Shown here piece by piece: positions 38,210 through 47,961 of a stretch of 64,000 bases of DNA (within the stretch, counting starts at the first letter, position 1; the number at the start of each line of letters is the position of its first letter). The stretch is from Bacillota bacterium (GTDB taxonomy: Bacteria; Bacillota; Clostridia; Christensenellales; UMGS416): NCBI GenBank assembly GCA_016281935.1, contig JAEEJN010000059.1:11493-75492 (forward strand), in the 5' to 3' direction. A model generated the notes under the pieces. That model was given only the letters and a program-made list of their open reading frames with translations, was not told the origin of the DNA and did no database searches. The position numbers were made by a program, and so were the translations under genes.

Positions 38210-38881
38210 TTACAGCTGACCCGTCTGCTCACTGTAGGGAAGAACGGCGATCTCCAGATTACCGTTCATCGTACGGAGCTCGTCGATGAAGGCCTTCTCT
38301 TCTTTGGGATCCTTCATACGGATCCGGAAGGAAAGGCGGAACATGGAACCCATCCCTGTCGTCTTGACACCCACGTTCTCCGAGAAGGAAAGGTAGCGGG
38401 CAAAAGTATCATCGAATACGTCGGAATACTCCAGGGACTCCGGGATCGTCACACGCAGGAGCCTGTCCCTGGACGCAGTACGGTCCTCGAACAGATGCAG
38501 GGACGAAAGCAGTACGTACAGCAGCGCAAGGCTCAGAAGGATTGCGACCCCATACCCCACATAACCCATTCCGAACGCGATGCCGGAGCCCATGGCGATG
38601 AGGATCGCCGCGATCTCCTCCGCGGAACCCGGAGCGGAACGGAACCGGATGAGTCCGAACGCTCCTCCGATCGCAACGCCCGCCCCGATGTTTCCGTTCA
38701 CAAAGGTGATGACCGACGATACAATGAAAGGCAGCAGAGAGACGACGATGAAAAACCTCCTTGAGGAGCGCACACGCAGGGACATGATCCAAGCATACAG
38801 CACGCCCGCCCCGATGCTCACTCCCGACATCAGGAAGAACTGGGCCGCCGTCACCGTCGCGGAATAGATGGAATCGAACAT
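38210..38881 (-). CDS. DUF4956-family membrane protein (copy 2)
   Basis: Start moved to ATG 38881 (MFDSIYS; AAGGAAGGTGA RBS). Conserved LIRFRS motif, as in copy 1. 223 aa. Confidence 0.75.
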   Translation of the reverse strand: MFDSIYSATVTAAQFFLMSGVSIGAGVLYAWIMSLRVRSSRRFFIVVSLLPFIVSSVITFVNGNIGAGVAIGGAFGLIRFRSAPGSAEEIAAILIAMGSGIAFGMGYVGYGVAILLSLALLYVLLSSLHLFEDRTASRDRLLRVTIPESLEYSDVFDDTFARYLSFSENVGVKTTGMGSMFRLSFRIRMKDPKEEKAFIDELRTMNGNLEIAVLPYSEQTGQL

Positions 38882-38897
38882 GGAACTCACCTTCCTT

Positions 38898-39746
38898 TCA
38901 TTGAGCCTTCGCCATCTGCCGGCGATAGGCTTCTCCGTATTTGGAAAGACTGCTTTTGCGCATCTTCCCTTCCGACAGGATGCCGGCCAGCCACAGCGGC
39001 ATGGCATCCTGGATCTTGATCTCCAGGATCGTCTGACCGGGTTCAAGGAGGCTCTTGCCCTCCATGGAAACGTCCAAAGCCAGATCTTCTGCCCGGTAAC
39101 GGGGATTCTCGTCGATCGTGAGTCTGAGATCGCCTCCGGGTTCGTAATAGGCCGTCCGGTCATAGATGATGAGGCATGAGGGAACGAGGTCCCTGTAGAA
39201 ATCACGGCAGTAACGGATCTCACGGCCGATCTGGCCTTCGGAGCAGATGTCGTTTCTCCCCGAGAAGAACGTTTCCACCCTGGGTATCGTGGACTGCACC
39301 CGTCTTTTGTATACGATCCCGTATGCCTTGCGCTTGAGTTCCAGGTATACGGGAGATTCTTTTGTCGCGAGACCGTAACTGCGAAGACGGATCTTTTCCT
39401 TGAAGTCAGGCTTCTCGACGGACATCCGGATCAAGCGGCGGTCCGGAGTGTCATAATACAGAGAAGCTATGGAAGTCTTTCCGTATGCATCTTCTTCCAT
39501 ATGGCCCCGGAGCCTTTCCCGCAGCAAAACAGTCTGGTCCGCGCTGAGGACGTATTTGACTTCATAGCGCTGCATGACCGTGACTGCCTGAGCGGTCCGG
39601 ACTGTGACAGCAGTGTCCTCAGTCACAGGCCTTGATGTGGGACGGATGTCTTCTCCTGATGTTTCCGGCTTTCCGAAGGGCAGCGTCTGTTTTCCGCATC
39701 CGGAGAACGCTTTGCGGTCGTTATGTGCGAACAGGATATGGGTCAT
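38898..39746 (-). CDS. VTC-domain (polyphosphate-polymerase-like) protein (copy 2)
   Basis: The core begins MQRYEVKYVLS (ATG 39575). An upstream in-frame ATG at 39746 has an AAGGAG RBS, so the longer form is given. The N-terminal 57 aa are low-complexity. Confidence 0.7.
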   Translation of the reverse strand: MTHILFAHNDRKAFSGCGKQTLPFGKPETSGEDIRPTSRPVTEDTAVTVRTAQAVTVMQRYEVKYVLSADQTVLLRERLRGHMEEDAYGKTSIASLYYDTPDRRLIRMSVEKPDFKEKIRLRSYGLATKESPVYLELKRKAYGIVYKRRVQSTIPRVETFFSGRNDICSEGQIGREIRYCRDFYRDLVPSCLIIYDRTAYYEPGGDLRLTIDENPRYRAEDLALDVSMEGKSLLEPGQTILEIKIQDAMPLWLAGILSEGKMRKSSLSKYGEAYRRQMAKAQ

Positions 39747-39817
39747 GTCTGTCACACTCCTTGTCTGTTTTCAGGCACATTGTATCCGCGCAGCCTTAAT
39801 CGGAGCTTAAAAGAAAA

Positions 39818-39846
39818 AGCTGTACGGAAAATCCGTACAGCTTTTC
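39818..39846. terminator. Bidirectional terminator
   Basis: AGCTGTACGGA-AAA-TCCGTACAGCT flanked by A5 and T4. Confidence 0.7.
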
Positions 39847-39855
39847 GGGTCGATT

Positions 39856-40326
39856 TTACAGATCGTCTTCGGTGAAGCCTGCCTTGCGTGCACCGATGCT
39901 CTCTGTCAGTTCCTGCATCAGGGCAACGATCTGACCGATCTTCTCCTGCGGCAGGCAGATGCCTTCCCGGATCTTTGTCGGGACGTCCTTCAGCTTCTTC
40001 TGAATCGCTTTGCCTTCCGCTGTCAGGGTGATCAGAACGACACGTTCGTCCTTATCGCTCCTCTGCTTGTCGATATACCCGGCTTTCTGCATCTTCTTCA
40101 GCAGCGGCGACAGCGTCCCGTTGTCGAGCCCGAGTTTGGAACCGATCTCGCCCACGGCAAGTCCGTCCTTTTCCCAGAGCACGAGGAAGATCAGATACTG
40201 GGTATAAGTCAGCCCATAAGGTTTGAGCAAAGGCGTGTACAGACTGATCACGCTTCGAGTCCCGATATATAGGGGAAAGCAAAGCTGATTTTTCAGTTTC
40301 ATCGCTTCACGATAATCAATGTCCAT
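39856..40326 (-). CDS. MarR-family regulator, OhrR-like (conserved N-terminal Cys)
   Basis: Start moved to ATG 40326 (GGAGG 8 nt upstream). Blocks LKNQLCFPLY and LTYTQYLIFLVLWE are typical of OhrR. 156 aa. Confidence 0.8.
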   Translation of the reverse strand: MDIDYREAMKLKNQLCFPLYIGTRSVISLYTPLLKPYGLTYTQYLIFLVLWEKDGLAVGEIGSKLGLDNGTLSPLLKKMQKAGYIDKQRSDKDERVVLITLTAEGKAIQKKLKDVPTKIREGICLPQEKIGQIVALMQELTESIGARKAGFTEDDL

Positions 40327-40482
40327 CTTTCCGGCCTCCATCTAAATATACCGCAACTTGAATCTATCAGAGCTGTTGATGGATGTCAAGTTGACTTAAC
40401 TCATGTTTAGCCCTAAAATACGGGATTTTTCACATTGTTAAGCGAAAAGCAGCGATTTGAGGGGGAATCGGCCGTCACAATG

Positions 40483-40514
40483 AAAAAGCTCCGGAGGACA
40501 GCATCCTCCGGAGC
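40483..40514 (-). terminator. Terminator after cyclase gene
   Basis: Minus strand: GCTCCGGAGGA-loop-TCCTCCGGAGC followed by TTTTTC. Confidence 0.7.
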
Positions 40515-40529
40515 GGCAGAAACACTCTG

Positions 40530-41282
40530 TTATTCGGTCACGGCCCAGCATCTCACAGGCAGTCCGACCGCGCCTTCGATTCGTGGCCACGCGACGAACA
40601 GGACCGCTCCGGCAGGAGCGACCTGATCCAGATTGCGGAGCACTTCCACCTGGAGCTTGCCCTTCTCCAGGACATAGCGTTCACAGGCAAGATCTCCAGC
40701 CTTCGCCGCTTCCGCCGAAGCATCGGTATCGAGCGCCTCGTGACCGTTGGCTGCGGCGTTGCGTTCCTCATAGATATAGCGAAGTGCCTCCAGAGACCAT
40801 CCGGGGAAATTCTCGCTGCCGTCTTCGGCGATACCGGAGAGCGCGTTCATATCAGGCCAGTTCTTATACCAGTCGGTTCGGAGAGCGACGAAAGCGCCGT
40901 CCGGGATGGGACCGTATTCAGCTTCATAGTCACGGATATCCTGCGCCGTCACAGCGTAATGGCAGTCGGCCGCGACCTTCTTCGTGATGTCGACGACGCA
41001 CAGCGGAAAGACCGCGTCCATGACGCCGAAGGCATCCGACAGAGGCGCCCCTTTGACGAAATGGCCGGGGAAGTCGATATGGGTGCCGAACTGACCGGGG
41101 AACTTAAAGGTCTGAATCCTGCACTCGAGCATGGGATTGCCCCAGTCGAAGACTACCTTGCCCAGTTCCACCGAGCCTTCCGGGATACCGCTCCAGTAGG
41201 GGCTGTCGTTGTTCAGAGAATGGGACAGTTCGACCCACCTGAGTTTTTTCATTTCATTCAGAGATTCCCAAAGACGATACAT
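40530..41282 (-). CDS. Cyclase-family protein (kynurenine-formamidase-like fold)
   Basis: Start moved to ATG 41282 (GGGGAGG RBS). Signature QFGTHIDFPGH. 250 aa. Confidence 0.8.
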   Translation of the reverse strand: MYRLWESLNEMKKLRWVELSHSLNNDSPYWSGIPEGSVELGKVVFDWGNPMLECRIQTFKFPGQFGTHIDFPGHFVKGAPLSDAFGVMDAVFPLCVVDITKKVAADCHYAVTAQDIRDYEAEYGPIPDGAFVALRTDWYKNWPDMNALSGIAEDGSENFPGWSLEALRYIYEERNAAANGHEALDTDASAEAAKAGDLACERYVLEKGKLQVEVLRNLDQVAPAGAVLFVAWPRIEGAVGLPVRCWAVTE

Positions 41283-41409
41283 GGAAACGCCTCCCCTTTT
41301 CAGAAGTCTATGTCTCAATTGTAGTGTATCCGTATCCCCATTGCAAGAGCCTCATGCCCTGAAAAACGGGAAATTCCGGCATATCCTGCTCAACCGCACG
41401 AAGGTTCTC

Positions 41410-41832
41410 TTACGATGGGAGCTTCCCGGAAGGCACTGATTCCTCACGTCTCCTGTTCAGTTCCTTCTCGATCCGGTTCAGTGTGAAAAAGAAGCGGTGC
41501 GTAGCTATCGCCGGCCCCATCAGGAAGATCCCCAGCGTATTCCAGCCGAACATGTGCTTCCAGGACGTATGCGGTCCCTCGATCCCCATCTCTTCTGCTG
41601 TTCGTTTCAGTTCCTCCGCGATATCCGCCATCCATACCAGTGTGTATATGAACAGCGTCGGGATCCCCAGGAGATAGGCTTTCCAGTAGCGCTGTGTCTT
41701 CCGGCCCAGGATCTCGTCCAGTTCATCCTCCAGGCCGCCCAACGGCATGTACAGAAGGAAAAACAGTCCCGCCGTGAAAAAGTCGATGAAGCCCAGCAGG
41801 AAGCCCGGCCTGTCCGTATGTCTGAATCGCAT
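41410..41832 (-). CDS. Small membrane protein (DUF4234-like)
   Basis: 140 aa with 3 hydrophobic helices. GGAGGAGAGAAGA RBS. Confidence 0.55.
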   Translation of the reverse strand: MRFRHTDRPGFLLGFIDFFTAGLFFLLYMPLGGLEDELDEILGRKTQRYWKAYLLGIPTLFIYTLVWMADIAEELKRTAEEMGIEGPHTSWKHMFGWNTLGIFLMGPAIATHRFFFTLNRIEKELNRRREESVPSGKLPS

Positions 41833-42027
41833 TCTTCTCTCCTCCGTCCCGTAACTTCATTATAAGCAGACCTGAAAGGAAATCAAGTTCGGCGTGACGG
41901 AACGCCCTTTTCGTCATTGACGAATCTTTGCAGCATCGCTATGATGAGAACAGACAGACTGCAGCAATCCATAAATCCCACAGCACAGATCAGGGGCCGT
42001 GAAGCGGTCCCGTACAGGAGGCACAGA

Positions 42028-43674
42028 ATGAGCAAGATGAACCGTATCATGGTCAAGGGAAAACCGTTCCTGAGTCTGGGCGGACAGTCCCACAATTCCT
42101 CCAGCTATGTACTGGACAAAATGGGTCCGACCTGGCGGAGCGTGCACGCGATCGGAGGCAATACGCTGGCCACCCCGATCCCCTGGGACGCTTTTGAACC
42201 CGAAGAAGGCGTCTTCAACCGCAAATACGTCACGGATATCATCGACGAAGCCAGAAGACAGGATCTGAAACTCTCGTTCCTCTGGTTTGCAACATGGAAG
42301 AACGGCACGATGCAGTACTGTCCCGCATGGGTCAAGCGCGACACGGAACGTTTCCCCCGCTGCCTGCAGAAAGACGGCACGGCGATCCACCAGCTCTCCG
42401 CCCACCAGAGGGCAAGTCTGGAAGCGGACAAGAAGGCGTTCTGCGAACTGATCCGCCTGATCCGGGAATACGACGGAGACGAGCAGACGGTCATCGCGGT
42501 GCAGATCGAGAACGAAGCGGGGATCCAGGGCGGGACCCGCAGAGACTTCGGCCCGTTGGGGCAGGCCGCTTTCGAATCGCCCGTTCCGGAGGAACTGATC
42601 CGCTACTGCGAAGAGAATCCCGGCAGCATACTTGCGGGGATCTGGCAGGAGAACGGAAAAAAGAAAGGCGCCGCCTGGGCGGAGACTTTCGGCTATTACG
42701 GAGCCGAGGCAGTCACGACCTATGCGATCGCCCGATACATCGACGAGATCTGCGGCGCAGGCAAAGAGATCTATCCGGGGCTCTTTATGTACCTGAACGT
42801 ATGGCTCGGCGGAGGTGTCCGGGGCATCGGACAGAATCTCGCCGGGATCGACTGGCCTTCCGGCTGCGCCACGATCCATAATCTGGACATCTACCGCGCG
42901 GTCCTGAAGCACATCGATACCGTTGCGCCTGACAATTACCAGTCTTCTCTCTTCCGTCACCGTGAGGTCACGGACGCGTATGCGCATCCCGAAAAAGGCA
43001 ACCCGCTCTACGTACCCGAATCCGCCTCCAGAGGCGTCAACATCGGGCAGATGTTCTACGCTTTCGCGGAAAAGAAAGCCATCGGCTATCACATCTTCGG
43101 CTGCGAATCCTGCCTGAACCCGGATCTTGAGACACCCAATGCCGCGGGGCAGGAAACGCTCCACAATTTCACGATGCTTGACAATGTGAAGACCATCCTC
43201 TTCGACTATCAGGACAGAGGTAAGGTGCGTTCTGCCGTCCAGGAAGACGGCGAGGGCGGCGTCGTGCTCTCCGGCTTCGACGGCGGATGGCAGATGCGCG
43301 TCCTGTTCAACAGCTTCGCCGCAGGAGACTGGCCTTCCAGCGATTACAGGCACCGTCTCAGAGGAAGCGCTCCTCAGGACAAGCCCGAGCCGGGACGGAT
43401 GCTGGTCTTCCAGGAATCCGAAAAGGTCTTCTACTTCGTGGGCGAGAACACCCGCGTGACGATCGAACCTCTGCCGCCCATGGACGGCTCCATCCCGAAT
43501 CTGTACGCGAGCGCAACCCTCATGCACACGAATTCGGAGACGGTCTCCGTGACCGAAGGCCACTTTGACGAAACCGGCCGATATGTAACCGACCTCGTCC
43601 GCTCCGGCGACGAGTCGAGGCACAGCGTCTGGCTCCGCTGGGACGTAGGCGTCGTCCGGGTCGAGATGGTCTGA
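42028..43674 (+). CDS. Clan GH-A glycoside hydrolase (GH35/GH42-like beta-galactosidase with DUF5597-like C-terminal part)
   Basis: Start moved to ATG 42028 (CAGGAGG RBS). Contains VQIENEAG (acid/base NE) and a TIM-barrel pattern. 548 aa. Confidence 0.6.
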   Translation: MSKMNRIMVKGKPFLSLGGQSHNSSSYVLDKMGPTWRSVHAIGGNTLATPIPWDAFEPEEGVFNRKYVTDIIDEARRQDLKLSFLWFATWKNGTMQYCPAWVKRDTERFPRCLQKDGTAIHQLSAHQRASLEADKKAFCELIRLIREYDGDEQTVIAVQIENEAGIQGGTRRDFGPLGQAAFESPVPEELIRYCEENPGSILAGIWQENGKKKGAAWAETFGYYGAEAVTTYAIARYIDEICGAGKEIYPGLFMYLNVWLGGGVRGIGQNLAGIDWPSGCATIHNLDIYRAVLKHIDTVAPDNYQSSLFRHREVTDAYAHPEKGNPLYVPESASRGVNIGQMFYAFAEKKAIGYHIFGCESCLNPDLETPNAAGQETLHNFTMLDNVKTILFDYQDRGKVRSAVQEDGEGGVVLSGFDGGWQMRVLFNSFAAGDWPSSDYRHRLRGSAPQDKPEPGRMLVFQESEKVFYFVGENTRVTIEPLPPMDGSIPNLYASATLMHTNSETVSVTEGHFDETGRYVTDLVRSGDESRHSVWLRWDVGVVRVEMV

Positions 43675-43707
43675 CGTCCTTCCCGCCGTTCAGCACAAGC
43701 CATATAC

Positions 43708-43740
43708 AAAACCCCTTTGCCGCTGCAAAGGGGTTTTATC
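43708..43740. terminator. Bidirectional terminator
   Basis: AAAACCCCTTTGC-CGCT-GCAAAGGGGTTTT. Confidence 0.75.
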
Positions 43741-43754
43741 TGTATCTGTCGGAT

Positions 43755-44357
43755 TCACACTCCGTATCGGTATTCCTTTTCGTCCTTCTCGTCTGCCGTC
43801 AGCCCGAACGTCTCTATGATCCTGTCGGCGACCTCCTCGGGCGAAAGATACGTATTGTCGATCTTCAGGTGGTGTTCGAACCACACTTCGCCTTCATCCG
43901 AATTCAGTCTGTGCTTTTCCGTATCCTTCAGGAGATTCTCCCGGCTCCAGGCTGTGTCGCGTTTGGACGCCTTCCTTTCCAGCCTGTGCGGCGTCACATT
44001 ACGCTCCAGTCTCACTTCCAGATCCGCACTGAGTTCAATGAAATAGAAGCCCCCGCCGCTGTCTGTAAACAGATCATGAAGCTGCTTCAGGTATTCCTTT
44101 TCAGAGGGCATCTCGAAAGCGCAGACATAAGTGAAGATCAGGTCCACGTCATGCTTCACGGCCAGCTCGAATGCCTTTTCTCTGAACGAACCGTTGAACT
44201 CACGCTGTGCCGGCGTATTGAAACCGAAGATCCTGTCGGACACCTCGATGCTGTCGTGGTTCGTCATGAGGTTATAGCGCAGCCTGTCCCTCAGTTTCTC
44301 AGCCACCGTCATCTTCCCGACTGCCTGCGGTCCGCATATCACGATCAGATTCGCCAT
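43755..44357 (-). CDS. P-loop NTPase/kinase-like protein
   Basis: 200 aa. Walker A CGPQAVGKMT at the N-terminus. Confidence 0.65.
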   Translation of the reverse strand: MANLIVICGPQAVGKMTVAEKLRDRLRYNLMTNHDSIEVSDRIFGFNTPAQREFNGSFREKAFELAVKHDVDLIFTYVCAFEMPSEKEYLKQLHDLFTDSGGGFYFIELSADLEVRLERNVTPHRLERKASKRDTAWSRENLLKDTEKHRLNSDEGEVWFEHHLKIDNTYLSPEEVADRIIETFGLTADEKDEKEYRYGV

Positions 44358-44400
44358 TTTTCCGTCCTTTCGAAAAGAGGTCGGTCTGTTCTTCTTCCGT

Positions 44401-44949
44401 TCAGTCGAGCTCCAGCCTCATGAGCACGTTTTCCTGCCATCGCCCCTGCCTTGTCCGGAATCCCCTGGGATTCCGGCCGTATTCGATGAATCCGGCGCTC
44501 CGATAAAGCCGCAGGGCTCTTTCGTTGTCCGCGACGACTTCCAGTTCCATCTGGACGTATCCCGCCTTCCGGGCACACTCGATGCAGGCCTCCGTCAGGG
44601 CCCGTCCGATGCCGATCCCCCACCAGTCCCGGTCGATGCTGATGCCGAAGGAAACCCTGTGTCTCGCCTTCTCCGCAGCTGTTATCCTGTCGATCCCAGC
44701 CGTGCCGGCGATCAGGCCGCCGACCTCAGCCACGAGCGCCGCGTCGGATGTGCTCTCTCTTTTCCTCTCCAGATAGGCCTTTTCCTGTTCGAGCGAAAGG
44801 GTGATCTCGTCCGTGTAAACCCCCAGATAATCCGTCTGGTCATGAGTCGCGATATAATTGGCCAGTACGGCCGGAGCATCTTCCTCCGTCCCGTTCCTTA
44901 CGGTGCACGATCTTCCGTCTTTCAGTATGAACACCCTGCTGTATTCCAT
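44401..44949 (-). CDS. GNAT-family N-acetyltransferase
   Basis: 182 aa. Acetyl-CoA motif WWGIGIGRAL and LEVVADNERALRLYRSAGF. Confidence 0.8.
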   Translation of the reverse strand: MEYSRVFILKDGRSCTVRNGTEEDAPAVLANYIATHDQTDYLGVYTDEITLSLEQEKAYLERKRESTSDAALVAEVGGLIAGTAGIDRITAAEKARHRVSFGISIDRDWWGIGIGRALTEACIECARKAGYVQMELEVVADNERALRLYRSAGFIEYGRNPRGFRTRQGRWQENVLMRLELD

Positions 44950-45015
44950 GGTTTCCCCTCTCCTGTTCCGTGTCTCGCGAACCGTCCGCGCTTCAATGCC
45001 GGCGTCACGGCCTTA

Positions 45016-45486
45016 TTACAGATCTTTCCTGAGGATGATCTTATCTTCCGTCCTGTACTCTTCGTAAAACCCATGTTTCAGGAACATACCGACCGCAGGA
45101 TTGTCGACGGCGATATCATCGTACAGAGTACTGATCCCGTTTTCCTTCGCAGCGGCGCAAAGGAGCTCCAATCCCCGGGAACCGTATCCCCTTCCCCGGA
45201 ACGCGGAGAAGATGATGACGTCCGCGACGTATCCGTCATACTCGGGATCATAATGATAAGCCATCTCCCCTACGAAACCGTTTTCATCCTTCAGGTACCT
45301 GTAGAACCTCCGGCCTTCATGATGAACGATCCAGTGATCATACCAGTCCCGCCATCTGTCCTGAGGAAACGGGATCGTTCCTCCCCAGGCGTGATTGTAC
45401 GACATCGTTTCCTCATCGGCCAGGAGGCTTTCCCTGAACCAGAGATCCTCTAAAGCAGGTACGACCGATTCCAGCTTGCATGCCAT
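45016..45486 (-). CDS. GNAT-family N-acetyltransferase
   Basis: 156 aa. Blocks FRGRGYGSRGL and VDNPAVGMFLKHGF. Confidence 0.8.
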   Translation of the reverse strand: MACKLESVVPALEDLWFRESLLADEETMSYNHAWGGTIPFPQDRWRDWYDHWIVHHEGRRFYRYLKDENGFVGEMAYHYDPEYDGYVADVIIFSAFRGRGYGSRGLELLCAAAKENGISTLYDDIAVDNPAVGMFLKHGFYEEYRTEDKIILRKDL

Positions 45487-45490
45487 CCTT

Positions 45491-46282
45491 CTATACCTTC
45501 CTTCTGCAGATATACAGAAGATGATTTGTGCTTCCCAACAGCTCCCTCATTTCACAGCAAGCCAGGTACCATTCGGCATGGGCCCGAAAATCCTCATCCG
45601 ACATGGAAAAATCCGAACGCTTTTCGACGGACTCCATCATACCGTCCATGCCTGCGGTCGTGATCCATTCGACAGGTTTCTCCCGAAACAGCTCCTCGAA
45701 CTCCGTGATGTCATATCCCGTAAACAGCTGCTCCTTGAAATGCCTGATCCGATGATCGGGCGTGAAATTCATTGCCTGGCCTTCTGCCCAGTTTCCGCTG
45801 AAATAGTTTGAACACATGATGGCATACACGGAAAGAAAAGCAAACAGGATCACGCCGCCGGGCTTCGTGACCCGGATCGCCTCGTCGATCGCGCGGTCCA
45901 CTTCATCCGTCTCATACAGATGATACATCGGGCCGAAGAACAGCGTCACGTCAAAAGAGCTGTCCGCAAACCGGCTCAGATCCGTAGCGTCTCCCTGGAA
46001 TGACCGGATGTTCGTCATTCCACCGCTTTTTTCTCTGAGGACCGTGAGATTGCTCTCGACCAGTTCGACGGCCGTCACATCCATGCCTTCCGCTGCGAGC
46101 GCAATGGAGTATCTCCCCGTGCCTGCGCCGACCTCAAGTATCTTTGACCGCGGATCCGCATAGCGGTGGATGTAAGTCATCGTGGTACAGTATTCCAGCT
46201 GACCGTGCCGCGATCTCACGGTCCTTCCGTCTTCGTCATACTGACCGTAAAAGCTGCTGATGATTTCTTTTCTTGTACTCAT
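45491..46282 (-). CDS. Class I SAM-dependent methyltransferase
   Basis: Start moved to ATG 46282 (GAGAAGGAA RBS). Motif I ILEVGAGTGRYS. 263 aa. Confidence 0.8.
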   Translation of the reverse strand: MSTRKEIISSFYGQYDEDGRTVRSRHGQLEYCTTMTYIHRYADPRSKILEVGAGTGRYSIALAAEGMDVTAVELVESNLTVLREKSGGMTNIRSFQGDATDLSRFADSSFDVTLFFGPMYHLYETDEVDRAIDEAIRVTKPGGVILFAFLSVYAIMCSNYFSGNWAEGQAMNFTPDHRIRHFKEQLFTGYDITEFEELFREKPVEWITTAGMDGMMESVEKRSDFSMSDEDFRAHAEWYLACCEMRELLGSTNHLLYICRRKV

Positions 46283-46343
46283 TTCCTTCTCCCGGCAAAT
46301 CCAAGTCTGCCCGTCTGATTCGGGATCATGGCTCTGATAGATT

Positions 46344-46586
46344 TCAGGGCCGCTGAAACGCATGATCGTTCAGGATGCCGTACACATACGTGTCTTTCCA
46401 AACCGGGTTATTGTTTCCATCCCTCCAGAAAAACACGTTCTGCCTGAAATGGGCCTCTCGTGCGAAGCCCAGTCTTTCCAGCAGTTTCCAGGACGCTTCG
46501 TTGCGCGGATCGCATTCCGCATAGATCCTATGAACCCCTCTCGAAAAGGCATCACGGATCAGAGCAGCACTGCTTTTCCTCCGCAT
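46344..46586 (-). pseudogene. GNAT (RimJ/RimL-like) C-terminal fragment
   Basis: Only the last ~75 residues are present (HRIYAECDPRNEASWKLLERLGFAREAHF...). The upstream gene stops 60 nt away, so no room remains for the N-terminal half. Confidence 0.55.
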
Positions 46587-46646
46587 ATCCCCGCCCCCAG
46601 AATCTCCTGTTCCTTTCCTGTTCCGACTGCCGCGGAAGCCGGGAGA

Positions 46647-47330
46647 TCAGACACCGCCGTTCACGATAGCAGCATACTGCTCCTCCGGGATCATGGGGGA
46701 TTGGATCTCCTTCAGCAGATCTTCTCCGACCTCGCCCGTTTCCGCATACTGCCGGCCTGCCCGTCTTATCTGTTCCAGTTTCGGAACGGTCACGGACTCA
46801 GCCTCCTTCACATTGAACATGGGGCTCTCCGGAACGGTCAGGATCGTACGGTTCTGCGGGAAACTGAGGCTGAACTGAAGGACCGCGGCTTCGAAATTGT
46901 TCCGGCTGTTGGGGAACCCGCATCCGCAGACCATGAGATAGCGCAGACGGGAGAAATCCGCCTGGCCCACATGCTCGTATCTGTCGCCTGCCCTGCGCAT
47001 CGTCATGCGGGACAGAGGGAGCGTACGGTCCATCACGGCCTTCAGGGAAGCGGGCATCCCGTAGCAGTACAGAGGGAAGCTCAGGACCAGAAGATCGCTG
47101 GAAAGGATCTCTTCCAGGATGGACCGCATGTCGTCGTCATGGATGCAGACACCGCCGTTCCTCATGCAGGAAAAACAGCCGCTGCAGTATTCTACATGCT
47201 GATCGACGGTATGGATGACACGGACTTCCTGAGGTGCGGCTTCCTTCATGCCCTCCAGAAAAGCCCGCGTGATATGCATGGTATCGCTCAGATCCTTTTT
47301 GGGACTTCCGTTCAGTACAAGTATCTTCAT
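46647..47330 (-). CDS. Flavodoxin-like NAD(P)H-dependent oxidoreductase (iron-sulfur flavoprotein-like)
   Basis: 227 aa. MKILVLNGSPKK start and Cys cluster CSGCFSC...GVC. Confidence 0.75.
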   Translation of the reverse strand: MKILVLNGSPKKDLSDTMHITRAFLEGMKEAAPQEVRVIHTVDQHVEYCSGCFSCMRNGGVCIHDDDMRSILEEILSSDLLVLSFPLYCYGMPASLKAVMDRTLPLSRMTMRRAGDRYEHVGQADFSRLRYLMVCGCGFPNSRNNFEAAVLQFSLSFPQNRTILTVPESPMFNVKEAESVTVPKLEQIRRAGRQYAETGEVGEDLLKEIQSPMIPEEQYAAIVNGGV

Positions 47331-47334
47331 CGTT

Positions 47335-47949
47335 TCATTTTCCTTCCGCGTTTTTCGAATCGCGAATCCAGTTGTCCAGGAACCGCATCTCCCTGTCCGT
47401 ATGGAACCAGTGTCCTCCGTCCTCCATGACGGTCAGACGGGACCCGTGTTCCTCCGCAAACACCGATATTGTGTCCCTTGGCACCAAAGCGTCTTCCCCG
47501 CCGTACAGAATGTCGGTCGGAACGGTCCAGTGCACAGGATGCCGCCGGATCCAGCTCAGATACTCCCACGACAGGTCTTCTCCCGCTGTGCCCGGGACAG
47601 TCCCCTTTTCTTCCAGTTCCTCTTCCGTCACTCCGGAGCATGACATCATGCCCAGGATGAGGCTTTCCATATCAACGACGGGGGAAATGAAGTACGCCCT
47701 GCGGACAAATCCTTCGATCCCCGCGCACAGGCAGAAATACGCTCCGATACTGACTGCGATCACGGAAACGCCGTCATATTCCCGTTTCATGCTCCCGACC
47801 GCCTCGCGGATCTCCTCGGCCGCTTCCCAGGGCAGAGAGGAACGGTAGTCCAGGCCCACGACGTCACAGCCGGGAAACAGGGACTCGTAATGACTGCTTT
47901 CCTCCGCGTTCCCGCCTTTCCCGTGGATATACAGCACCAGTTCCTTCAT
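47335..47949 (-). CDS. Alpha/beta hydrolase (small, DUF-type esterase)
   Basis: 204 aa. LVLYIHGKGG start, nucleophile-like AVSIGA, C-terminal GGHWF. Confidence 0.7.
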   Translation of the reverse strand: MKELVLYIHGKGGNAEESSHYESLFPGCDVVGLDYRSSLPWEAAEEIREAVGSMKREYDGVSVIAVSIGAYFCLCAGIEGFVRRAYFISPVVDMESLILGMMSCSGVTEEELEEKGTVPGTAGEDLSWEYLSWIRRHPVHWTVPTDILYGGEDALVPRDTISVFAEEHGSRLTVMEDGGHWFHTDREMRFLDNWIRDSKNAEGK

Positions 47950-47961
47950 AGCTTCCTCCCG

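Noticed and set aside
2718-43623. Other long antisense ORFs: 2718-3821(-), 4617-5969(-), 8216-9190(+), 9135-10907(-), 16171-17688(-), 17648-18574(-), 25627-27042(-), 28197-29495(-), 29492-31201(-), 32835-34775(+), 34868-35896(+), 36392-37474(+), 41914-43623(-), 52114-53094(+), 53623-55350(+), 54989-56353(+), 56742-57509(-), 62352-63575(+)
   Set aside because: Each lies opposite a gene with strong family motifs. Their translations are Arg/Gly/Pro/His-biased with no motifs, consistent with stop-codon depletion on the antisense strand of GC-rich genes.
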